From NCBI GenBank assembly GCA_041650115.1, contig JBAZLT010000001.1, forward strand, positions 1-51,596: a DNA stretch of 51,596 bases, in the 5' to 3' direction. How positions within the stretch are numbered: the first letter of the stretch is position 1; every line of letters begins with the position of its first letter. Positions 36,592 through 44,540 of this stretch are shown here, piece by piece. A model generated the notes under the pieces. That model made no database searches and was not told the DNA's origin. It saw only the letters and a list, made by a program, of their open reading frames with translations. The translations under genes were made by a program, and so were the position numbers. The stretch is from Dehalococcoidia bacterium. GTDB taxonomy: Bacteria > Chloroflexota > Dehalococcoidia > GIF9 > UBA5629.

Positions 36592-37350
36592 GTGTTAGAT
36601 CCTGTGAAAGTTGAATTAAAAATAACTGAATTGTTGGAAGACTTTTATAAGAGGCGAATCGCAACACTCTCAAAGTTAAATTTGCGAGAAACACTAAAGA
36701 GGAAAAATCCATATCTTTTCCGTGCGATTGGCACTCAACAAGCAAATGAAATTGTTGAGGCACTATTGCAAGCATATATGTCCAGTAGTGATGAGGGTAT
36801 ATTCGGCAATGTTTTTTTTGAGCCGCTAGCTAAATTTGTATCTGGGGGTGTGGTAAACGATGCAGAAGGTATTGATATCTCCATAGAGAAAAATCACACA
36901 TACACAGCTATCGCAGTGAAAAGTGGCACACATATCTTTAATTCTACGAGTAAGAAAAAGCAGGAAGATTATTTCAAGATACTTGAGAACCGACTGCGGA
37001 AATTAAGAAAGCACTTTGACCCGGTAGTAGGTTATTGCTATGGCCGCAAAGGAATAAGTAAAGTTGGACGTCCCAAGGCATGGAGAGAAATTGCTGGGCA
37101 GGCATTCTGGCAAGAACTGACCGGTGACAAAGACTTTTATCTAAAGATAATACGTTTAATGAAGGAAAAACCGAAGAATCATTTACCTGAATACAAAATT
37201 GAGTGGGACATGGCTGTAAATAGGTTTACTCGCGATTTCATCAAAGATTTTTGTTTTGGAGATGGTCGAATAGACTGGGAGAAAATCGCTGTATTGAACT
37301 CTGGTATTAAAAAAAAGAGAACTTCCAAAAAGAAAAAAAGCAGAAAATAG
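36592..37350 (+). CDS. Type II restriction endonuclease, Eco47II/TdeIII-like (tentative family), with a Lys-rich tail
   Basis: 252 aa with a GTG start, 12 nt after the methyltransferase stop. Motifs are KRKNPYLFRA and GIDISIEK...AIAVKSGTHIFNS (D...ExK plus the KSG..NS pattern recalled for this family). The C-terminus is IKKKRTSKKKKSRK. Confidence 0.6.
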   Translation: MLDPVKVELKITELLEDFYKRRIATLSKLNLRETLKRKNPYLFRAIGTQQANEIVEALLQAYMSSSDEGIFGNVFFEPLAKFVSGGVVNDAEGIDISIEKNHTYTAIAVKSGTHIFNSTSKKKQEDYFKILENRLRKLRKHFDPVVGYCYGRKGISKVGRPKAWREIAGQAFWQELTGDKDFYLKIIRLMKEKPKNHLPEYKIEWDMAVNRFTRDFIKDFCFGDGRIDWEKIAVLNSGIKKKRTSKKKKSRK

Positions 37351-37356
37351 TAATAC

Positions 37357-38028
37357 GTGAAGATTCTTACACGTAAAGATAAGAGGCTATTTACGGGCAG
37401 CCTACTAGAGTGGTGGGCTACTGCCAAGCGGACATATCCTTGGAGAAGACCTGGTATTTCACCTTATGAAGTACTAATTGCTGAAGTACTTTTAAAGCGC
37501 ACTACAGCCACTGCAGCTGCGAGAGTATATCAGGAGTTACTGGATAGATGGGATGATATTGAAGCCCTGTCAAATGCGGATCAAATCCAATTAGAAGCCA
37601 TACTTACAGCTGTGGGGTTACAGAAGCAGAGGGCACAGGGGCTTAGTGATATTGCGCACCATTTGGTAATCCACGAATCTTCGCAAATACCGTGCAAATA
37701 TGAGAGGCTAGTAGCGATACCTCATATAGGGAATTACTCGGCCAGCGCTATTCTTTCTTTTGGGTTTAATAAACCGAAAGCGGTAATTGATTCGAATGTA
37801 GTTCGCATATTCAAAAGGTATTTTTTACTTGAAGACGGTAGCGAAAAACGGCTGTCAGTGTTAGAGGATATTGCCGTTGCTCTGATTCCTAAAGATCATC
37901 ATAGGGAATTCAATTGGGCATTGTTAGATATGGGGGCATTGGTATGCCGTTACTCCAATCCGCGACACGAAATATGTCCACTGAGGGGTGGATGTAGGTT
38001 CACCACGGCATTGTATAATAATTACTAG
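37357..38028 (+). CDS. HhH-GPD superfamily DNA glycosylase, Mig/MutY-like (probable T/U:G mismatch glycosylase linked to the C5-methyltransferase)
   Basis: Motifs: YPWRR...PYEVLIAEVLLKRTT, HhH IPHIGNYSASAIL, VIDSNVVRIF. The cluster loop is C-x6-H-x2-C-x5-C (CRYSNPRHEICPLRGGC). GTG start 6 nt after the endonuclease stop. Confidence 0.75.
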   Translation: MKILTRKDKRLFTGSLLEWWATAKRTYPWRRPGISPYEVLIAEVLLKRTTATAAARVYQELLDRWDDIEALSNADQIQLEAILTAVGLQKQRAQGLSDIAHHLVIHESSQIPCKYERLVAIPHIGNYSASAILSFGFNKPKAVIDSNVVRIFKRYFLLEDGSEKRLSVLEDIAVALIPKDHHREFNWALLDMGALVCRYSNPRHEICPLRGGCRFTTALYNNY

Positions 38029-38096
38029 TGTACAATTGTTATTATGACGGCATAAAAATGAATAAGTATATGATAATATTCTGGTTGTAAGATTAT

Positions 38097-39233
38097 ATGA
38101 CGAGCAGTAGCGCATTGGTCGGAATGTCCATCAATTTGAGCGCATTCAGAAACGCCGTTTCGGAAAGAGAAAAGCGGCTCACGCGCCACGCAGGAAAACA
38201 GAAGGTCTTTGGCTGGTTTTGTACCTATACCCCTATTGAGCTGATTCATGCGGCCGGGTTTCTACCGGTAAGAATCTATGGCGGCATGACAACGGTCGAA
38301 AAGGCGGGCAATCTGGTGCCTAATTTCGTCTGCCCTTATATGCGCACCTCGCTGGAGAGGGCACTGCGCGGCGAGTACAAATATCTGTCGGGAGTAATTC
38401 AGGGCTACACCTGCGACATATCGTGCGGCATAATGAATATCTGGGCGGAAAACACCGGGCTAAAGATGTTTCATACTGTACCGCTGCCCTATAACACTAA
38501 CGAGAGCGCCAGGGATTTCTACAGGCATACGTTGAACGAGCTCATCGATAAACTCAATGCAGCCGGCGGTAAGTTCGATATGGCCGCGCTAGGCAGGTCG
38601 CTGGACCTTTATGCCAATATCAGGAAAAAGCTGCTGCGGCTGCATGAACTGAGGCGGCAGAACATATTCGCTCCGCCGTCCCGGGACTTCTACACGATAA
38701 TGGAGGCCGGATTCTGCATGCCGCCTGAGGAGTACCTGGAACTGTTGGCCAGGCTGGTCACCGAGGTTGAAAACCTCAAGGCTAATCCAAGTAGCGGTAT
38801 TCCGGTGCTGGTGTCGGGAAGCATCGTGGAGCAGATGTGGATATTCGACCTGCTGGAGGCGGCAGGCGGACAGGTGGTGGCGGACGACCTGTGCAACGGG
38901 TACCGCTTCTGCCAGCCGGCGGACGGCTCAGGCGCAAACCCCATAGACCGGCTGATCGACCGCTACATGCACCGCTTCCCCTGCCCCTCCCGCTCGACCG
39001 TGCAGGACCGCGTACCACGGGTGAAAGAACTGGTAGAGAAGTCGGGCGCGAAGGGCGTCATCTTCCTCTTCCAGAAGTTCTGCACTCCGCACCTGGCCGA
39101 CTACCCGGCACTGTCCGAGGCGCTGAGAGATGACGGCATACCGGTACTATCGATCGAGATGGACGAGAGCGGTAATATCGAAGGACAGCTAAAGACGCGC
39201 TTCGGCGCTTTCTTCGAGATGATAAATGGATAA
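38097..39233 (+). CDS. 2-hydroxyacyl-CoA dehydratase / benzoyl-CoA reductase BcrC/BadD/HgdB family subunit
   Basis: 378 aa. It has FGWFCTYTPIELIHAAGFLPVRIYG and conserved Cys positions typical of the HGD-D family. Confidence 0.8.
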   Translation: MTSSSALVGMSINLSAFRNAVSEREKRLTRHAGKQKVFGWFCTYTPIELIHAAGFLPVRIYGGMTTVEKAGNLVPNFVCPYMRTSLERALRGEYKYLSGVIQGYTCDISCGIMNIWAENTGLKMFHTVPLPYNTNESARDFYRHTLNELIDKLNAAGGKFDMAALGRSLDLYANIRKKLLRLHELRRQNIFAPPSRDFYTIMEAGFCMPPEEYLELLARLVTEVENLKANPSSGIPVLVSGSIVEQMWIFDLLEAAGGQVVADDLCNGYRFCQPADGSGANPIDRLIDRYMHRFPCPSRSTVQDRVPRVKELVEKSGAKGVIFLFQKFCTPHLADYPALSEALRDDGIPVLSIEMDESGNIEGQLKTRFGAFFEMING

Positions 39234-40485
39234 GACGCAGAATACAGGGAAATCGACCAAAAGGCTGGCCACCGCCAGGGAACTGCAGAAGATCGTGGCC
39301 GAGTTCTACCTGGAGGGTCACGAGGCAAAGAAGGCGGGCAAGCCCATCGGCTGGATGCCGCCCATGAACGGCCTGATCGAGATCTTCTACGCCATGGACC
39401 TGCAGCCGGTATTCCCCGAGAACTGGTCCCCCGTCTGTGCCGCCTTCGGGCTGATACATAAAAACTACATGACCGCCGAGTCCATGGGGTTCTCACCGGA
39501 CCTGTGCGGATACCTGCGCAACTGCGTGGGCTATATAAATGGCATGATGGGCGAGGAAGGGGTGCCGCTGAACGGCCTGCCGGAGCCCGACATGATCTTC
39601 GTGCCGGGCGCCGGCTGCGTCCCCGCCATGAAGAACTTCCAGTACATCGCCAAGCGCTTCCCTGAAGCAAAGGTCTTCAACGCCGACCTGCCCCAGGTGC
39701 CTATCGAGAATATACAGCGCTACCACATCGATTACGCCCTCAGCGAGATAAATCGCATCATCGACTTCCTGACCGAGACAACCGGCAGGAAGATGGACTA
39801 CGACCGCCTGGCTGAGGTTGTCCGCCTGTCCGACCAGTCCTGCGCACTGTGGGACGAGATCACGTCATACCGGCGCTGTATACCCACACCGATCTCGGCG
39901 GCCGAGGTGGGACTGATGTTCGTGATGGTCACCAGGCAGGGCACGCAACTGGCGGTGGACTACTTGACCAAAGTGCGTGATGAGGTCAAGCAGTGCGCGG
40001 AGCAGAAGACCGGCATCGTCGCCGAGGAGAAGGTGCGGCTGTTCTGGGACAATATTCCGCTGTGGTACAACCTGGGGCTTTTCAACTACTTCGAGAGATA
40101 CGGGGGTGTGGTGGTGGCCGAGACCTACTCGGCAGCCTGGTCCATACGGCTCGATACATCCAACCCGCTGGAAGCGCTGGCCATGAAATCGCTGCAGTCC
40201 TACCCCATGGTGTCCTGCGTCTCGATGCAAAGACGGAAGGATATGGTGCTCAGGGCCTGCCGGGACTACCATATCGACGGCGTAATTCTGCACTCCAATA
40301 AGTCGTGCCTGCCCATCACGCTGGGACAGATGGATATCAAGCGCGCGCTGCAGGAGGAGCTGGGCGTGCCCTCGGTGGTGATTGAGGCCGACCATATGGA
40401 CCCCGCCAACTTCTCGATGTCGCAGTTCGAGGACCGGGCAGGGTCGTTCATGGAAATGTTGCTGCAGAGGAAGGGGCGCAGTTAA
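39226..40485 (+). CDS. 2-hydroxyacyl-CoA dehydratase family subunit (HgdA/BcrB-like)
   Basis: 419 aa. It has KPIGWMPPMNGLIEIFYAMDLQPVFPENW. It overlaps the previous subunit gene by 8 nt. Confidence 0.8.
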   Translation: MDKTQNTGKSTKRLATARELQKIVAEFYLEGHEAKKAGKPIGWMPPMNGLIEIFYAMDLQPVFPENWSPVCAAFGLIHKNYMTAESMGFSPDLCGYLRNCVGYINGMMGEEGVPLNGLPEPDMIFVPGAGCVPAMKNFQYIAKRFPEAKVFNADLPQVPIENIQRYHIDYALSEINRIIDFLTETTGRKMDYDRLAEVVRLSDQSCALWDEITSYRRCIPTPISAAEVGLMFVMVTRQGTQLAVDYLTKVRDEVKQCAEQKTGIVAEEKVRLFWDNIPLWYNLGLFNYFERYGGVVVAETYSAAWSIRLDTSNPLEALAMKSLQSYPMVSCVSMQRRKDMVLRACRDYHIDGVILHSNKSCLPITLGQMDIKRALQEELGVPSVVIEADHMDPANFSMSQFEDRAGSFMEMLLQRKGRS

Positions 40486-40561
40486 AGCAACGCCCCTGCA
40501 GAGCCGAAGATTACTTCGATGTGCCCGCGATGGTGGCAGGTCACATAATTGCTTTCGTCAC

Positions 40562-41080
40562 TTAGCGGCGTATTGGGTCTGCCCCGTCCCAATTTGAGGC
40601 AGCTTCTGCTACCGATTTGAAATATTCTTCCGTCATGTCGTTCAGATCTGATATTTCTATAATTGTACCGGGCATTTGATCGTTAATAAAATAGGCGAAC
40701 CGTAGTGTTGAAAATATAATTCCCGAGTGGCCGATCCTGTAGCCAAGATCAAGAAGAAGCTTGCTTTTCTCATCGAAGTCATATACCCAGTGAGATATGT
40801 GCTGCGGTCCCTCCCCGACCGTACTAAGAAAATCACGGAATAGGGATGGCACATCGTTACGCTGCTGTATAAGCTCTATCTGGACATACCCCGAATTGGC
40901 AAGAGCTATGGACAGTTGAGGGTCGTAGGGCCTACCCATATAATGAAAATTTTCAATCGGTAAATTATCAATGTAATGCCAGGGCCCAACACCCAGTGCA
41001 AGCCATTCGCGCATCGATTTTTCGATATCTTTTACAACATAACCGACCTGTCGCACCGGCCCTAATTTTAAAGTACTCAT
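40562..41080 (-). CDS. VOC (glyoxalase/bleomycin-resistance/dioxygenase) family protein
   Basis: 172 aa. VRQVGYVVKDIEKSMREW begins a beta-alpha-beta-beta-beta module, and a second module contains HISHWV. The gene and its flanks are noticeably AT-richer than the neighbours. Confidence 0.7.
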   Translation of the reverse strand: MSTLKLGPVRQVGYVVKDIEKSMREWLALGVGPWHYIDNLPIENFHYMGRPYDPQLSIALANSGYVQIELIQQRNDVPSLFRDFLSTVGEGPQHISHWVYDFDEKSKLLLDLGYRIGHSGIIFSTLRFAYFINDQMPGTIIEISDLNDMTEEYFKSVAEAASNWDGADPIRR

Positions 41081-41217
41081 ATTAGTTTAAAACCTCCAAT
41101 ATATTTTCTTTGCACATATCTGTCAATATGACATACCCACATGATGCTGCCTTTAATATGGCATTACATGTGCCCGTTGGCACTTCTCGAGAACTATGAT
41201 AGTCGATGCCAACGAGT

Positions 41218-42438
41218 TTATACAGGTTGAAATGAAACCGCGGTCTTGAGGGCTTTATTCCTGCCTTTGTTCAGGTTGACCTCGATCATGCTGCGGAAGT
41301 CCTCCAGCCGGAAGGTGTGCGTCACCAGCGGCTCCAGGCTCAGCTTCTTTTGCTTCACCATCTCCGCCGCGATATCGAAAATGTGCCTGCGCTCTCCTTC
41401 ATAGTATACATAACCTGAAGAATAGGCGCCCTTGATGGTCTGCAGCTTGAGCCAGAGGGGAGTGAGGTCCAGCTTCACGTCCTTGCCGATGCCCACCATG
41501 CTGAGCGTGCCGCCCGTGCCCAGCGCGCGCATGGCCGCGAACAGCGTGGACTGGCTGGCCACGCAGTCGTAAATCCGGTCGAAACCGCCCATCAGCACCT
41601 CTTTGCCTATCATCGGTTTATAGGCCTTCGCGCCTGTGACTTCGACGGCCAGCCTGATCAAATCGCCTGAGACGACCCTGTCTGCGCCCGCCTTCTTTGC
41701 CATTTCGGCTGCGAAGGGCTCGGGCTCGGCTACGGTGATATCGCACTTGCAGCCCAGCGCGCGGATGGACTGTACGACGCAATTTCCAATCACGCCCGCG
41801 CCGATCACCAGCACTCTGTCGTCATCGCGAGGAGGGTTCTCCAGCACCGCCTGCAGCGACACGCCCAGGGGCTCGAAGACAGCGGCCTCTTTGACCGTAA
41901 TTCCTTCGGGCAGCTTGAAGAGCTGGCTCTTGTGCGCAATGAAGCAGGGCGCAAAGCCCCCGCCCGTATCGCGGCAGAAGCCGGTGGCTATGGCGGGCGC
42001 CAGACTCCCCTCCGCCATGTTCTCACAGTTTGAGGGACGCCCCTCACGGCAGGGCTTGCAGGCCGGCTCGATCCCCCGCGCCGCGCAGCCGAGCTGGTTG
42101 ACCAGTATGATGCGGTCGCCTTTACTGAATCCTTCAACGCCGCCGCCTGCCTCGGCGATCTCACCGCAGATCTCGTGCCCCATGGTGCAGGGAAAGGAGG
42201 AGAAGGGCGAGGCCGTAGGCGATTCCTTGAGCATAATAAGGTTGAGGTCGCTGCCGCAGAAGCCGCACATCAGCGTTTTAACCTTGACCCAATCGGGCGA
42301 GGGCAGGGATGGCTCGGGCATCTCCACCAGCTTTACGGTAGCCAGCGGACCTCTGTAGAACAGGCCCTTATTTAGTGCGCCCAGCAACGTGAGCGCCAGA
42401 AATTGGGACACGGACACCGAGAACTGCAAAGCCTTCAT
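41218..42438 (-). CDS. Zinc-dependent medium-chain alcohol dehydrogenase family protein
   Basis: Catalytic Zn motif CGFCGSDL...GHEICGEI, a structural Zn Cys cluster (CAARGIEPACKPCREGRPSNC), and the Rossmann motif VIGAGVIG. Confidence 0.85.
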   Translation of the reverse strand: MKALQFSVSVSQFLALTLLGALNKGLFYRGPLATVKLVEMPEPSLPSPDWVKVKTLMCGFCGSDLNLIMLKESPTASPFSSFPCTMGHEICGEIAEAGGGVEGFSKGDRIILVNQLGCAARGIEPACKPCREGRPSNCENMAEGSLAPAIATGFCRDTGGGFAPCFIAHKSQLFKLPEGITVKEAAVFEPLGVSLQAVLENPPRDDDRVLVIGAGVIGNCVVQSIRALGCKCDITVAEPEPFAAEMAKKAGADRVVSGDLIRLAVEVTGAKAYKPMIGKEVLMGGFDRIYDCVASQSTLFAAMRALGTGGTLSMVGIGKDVKLDLTPLWLKLQTIKGAYSSGYVYYEGERRHIFDIAAEMVKQKKLSLEPLVTHTFRLEDFRSMIEVNLNKGRNKALKTAVSFQPV

Positions 42439-42457
42439 TGCTCACCTCCTGCAACAT

Positions 42458-44125
42458 CTATTCCATCTTGAGACCGTCCACCAGCAGCAGCGTGCCGGGA
42501 CTGGTCACCGTGGGATCGGTCAGCACGTTCACGCAGGCCGGCACGCCCGAGGCCAGCGCACGCTTGAGAGCGGGTATTATCTGGTCGTCCTTTTCCACGA
42601 ACTCGCCGTGGCCGCCCAGCGCCTCCACCACCTTCTCGTAGTGCACCACGCCCAGCTCGGATCCCACCAGGCGCCTGGCCCCGTAGTTTATCTCCTGGCC
42701 GTGCTTGATCATGCCCCACGCCTGGTCGTTCACGATCACACAGACGAAGGGGATGTTATGCCGCACAGCCGTGTCGAACTCCATGGCGTTGAAGCCGAAG
42801 GAGCCGTCGCCGCTGATGACCACCACCATTTTGTCGGGACGCGCCACTTTGGCGCCGATTCCCATGGGTATACCCGTGCCCAGGCAGCCGAACAGCCCGG
42901 CCGCGCCGCCGATGATGCCCGCCTTCTCCTTCGCCTTGAGCCCCACCAGGCCGAAATAGGAGGCGTCGCCGCCGTCGATGATATAGATGGGGCTGTCCTG
43001 CGCGGCCACCCTGACCTGCTCCATCAGGCGCACCGGGTGTATGGGCGAGGACGCCTTGCCCCTCTGCTCGATCTCGCCCGCGGCCAGCGGCAGATAGCCG
43101 TCGCGCAGCGCCTTCATCCAGGCGCTGTGGTCCTTCTTTTTAACCAGCTTATTCAGCTCGCGCAGCGTTAGCGCGATGTCGCCCGAGAGGCCGACGTCGC
43201 AGCAGCGGTTGCGGTCCAGCTCGGTGGCGTCCACGTCTACCCTCACCACTTTGGCGCCGGGGAAGCCCTGGCCGAAGAACATCAGCCAGTTGAAGCGTAT
43301 GCCCAGCACGATCACCAGGTCGGCCATGGGCGTGGCCGACAGCAGCGCCATCTGGCCGCCGTCCCAAAGGGACAGCGGATGCTCGTCCGGCAGCGTGCCG
43401 CGCCCGTTGTTCATCAGCACGAAAGGGATGCCGGTCTTATCGATGAACTCCCTGAGCTCCTTATCGCAGTTGCTGAAGGCTACGCCGCTGCCGCCCACCA
43501 GCAGGGGCTTGGAGGCAGAATTGATCAGGTCGGCGGCCTCTTTGATAGACTCCGGATCGGCCACGGACTTGTAAGATCTGCAGGCCTTCTGCGGACAGGT
43601 TATGTCCGCGTCGTCCACCTGCACGTTGAGTATGTCGGGTGGCAGCTCCAGGAAGACGGGACCCGGCCTGCCGGATACCGCCGTGCGGAAGGCCTTGGAG
43701 ATGTATTCGGGGATGCGCCTGGTGTCGTGGCAGATGCCGTGCCACTTGACGATGGACTTGACCATGTCGGCCTGGCTCATGTCCTGCAGCGCGCCCTTCT
43801 GCTGGTCGCGCAGGGGCGACATGCCGCTCAGCATCACAACCGGCGCGTTCTCCATGGCCGCGTTGACCAGCCCGGTGAGCGAGTTGGTGAAGCCGGGACC
43901 GGCCGTGACGATGCAGACGCCGGGCTCGTTTTTGAAGATGGACCACGCATGCGCCATCATCACTGCCGCCTGCTCGTGGCGCACGTCTATCAGGCGCACG
44001 CCGTATTCGTAGAATCCGTCGAAGATGCGGTCGATATGTCCGCCGCTCAGTCCGAAAACCGTGTCGACGCCCTCGACCTGCTTGAGATACCTGGCAACCA
44101 GGTGGCCGCCGTAAATCTTACCCAT
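42458..44125 (-). CDS. Thiamine-diphosphate-dependent enzyme (acetolactate synthase / 2-hydroxyacyl-CoA lyase / oxalyl-CoA decarboxylase family)
   Basis: 555 aa. It has an N-terminal Pyr domain (VFGLSGGHI, HEQAAVMMAHAW, GPGFTN) and the C-terminal ThDP motif GDGSFGFNAMEFDTAVRHNIP. AAGGAGG precedes the ATG. Confidence 0.85.
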   Translation of the reverse strand: MGKIYGGHLVARYLKQVEGVDTVFGLSGGHIDRIFDGFYEYGVRLIDVRHEQAAVMMAHAWSIFKNEPGVCIVTAGPGFTNSLTGLVNAAMENAPVVMLSGMSPLRDQQKGALQDMSQADMVKSIVKWHGICHDTRRIPEYISKAFRTAVSGRPGPVFLELPPDILNVQVDDADITCPQKACRSYKSVADPESIKEAADLINSASKPLLVGGSGVAFSNCDKELREFIDKTGIPFVLMNNGRGTLPDEHPLSLWDGGQMALLSATPMADLVIVLGIRFNWLMFFGQGFPGAKVVRVDVDATELDRNRCCDVGLSGDIALTLRELNKLVKKKDHSAWMKALRDGYLPLAAGEIEQRGKASSPIHPVRLMEQVRVAAQDSPIYIIDGGDASYFGLVGLKAKEKAGIIGGAAGLFGCLGTGIPMGIGAKVARPDKMVVVISGDGSFGFNAMEFDTAVRHNIPFVCVIVNDQAWGMIKHGQEINYGARRLVGSELGVVHYEKVVEALGGHGEFVEKDDQIIPALKRALASGVPACVNVLTDPTVTSPGTLLLVDGLKME

Positions 44126-44187
44126 GACCCATACCTCCTTGCGCGTTTAAATATGTAAAACGGTTTATTTTAACACCGGTTAATGAT

Positions 44188-44226
44188 GTCGTTGCGAGAA
44201 GCACAGCAACGAAGCAATCTTGTGAT
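44188..44226. repeat. Degenerate type-1 unit (locus D) of the GTCATTGCGAG family
   Basis: The sequence is GTCGTTGCGAGAAGCACAGCAACGAAGCAATCTTGTGAT. It is preceded by ACGGTTTATTTTAACA, which also precedes locus F. Confidence 0.7.
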
Positions 44227-44231
44227 AATTG

Positions 44232-44465
44232 TTTTCCCAGGAAATCGGGCTTGAGGAAAGCGGGGTCAGTCGAGTCGTAGAACCCTTTGCCGGTCATACC
44301 CTGTAACTCTTCGGCAGATCCTGCGATTCCTTGCTTTCGTCATAATATTTCATCTCGATATCGTAGACCACGTCCAGCCCGATCACGTCCATTATGGCGA
44401 TCGCCCCTAAAAGGCCGACCTTTCTTTGCTAATTTACGATCTTAAGACTGCAGCCATTACTAACC
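44232..44465 (-). pseudogene. Remnant of the 3' end of a 3-hydroxyacyl-CoA dehydrogenase paralogue
   Basis: It aligns by eye with 49618-49860. Its translation gives ...GAIAIMDVIGLDVVYDIEMKYYDESKESQD.. then a deletion or frameshift, then ..GKGFYD..DPAFLKPDFLGK, compared with FAMMDVIGLDVVRDIEMAYYKESRDPQD...GKGFYDWSDPAFLKPDFLGKK in the intact gene. Confidence 0.75.
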
Positions 44466-44540
44466 TCCCGTTACCACTCAATTGAATCTATAATATGAAG
44501 AGTGTGTATAAATCCCTGACAATGCTTGCTTACGTATACT

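Larger units (their letters stand above)
24397..38096. other. Low-G+C genomic island 1 (defence island) inserted between msrA and the dehydratase genes
   Basis: The base composition visibly shifts (AT-rich codons, many A/T third positions) compared with the flanks. The content is exclusively nucleases, a helicase, a methyltransferase and a glycosylase. Confidence 0.7.
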
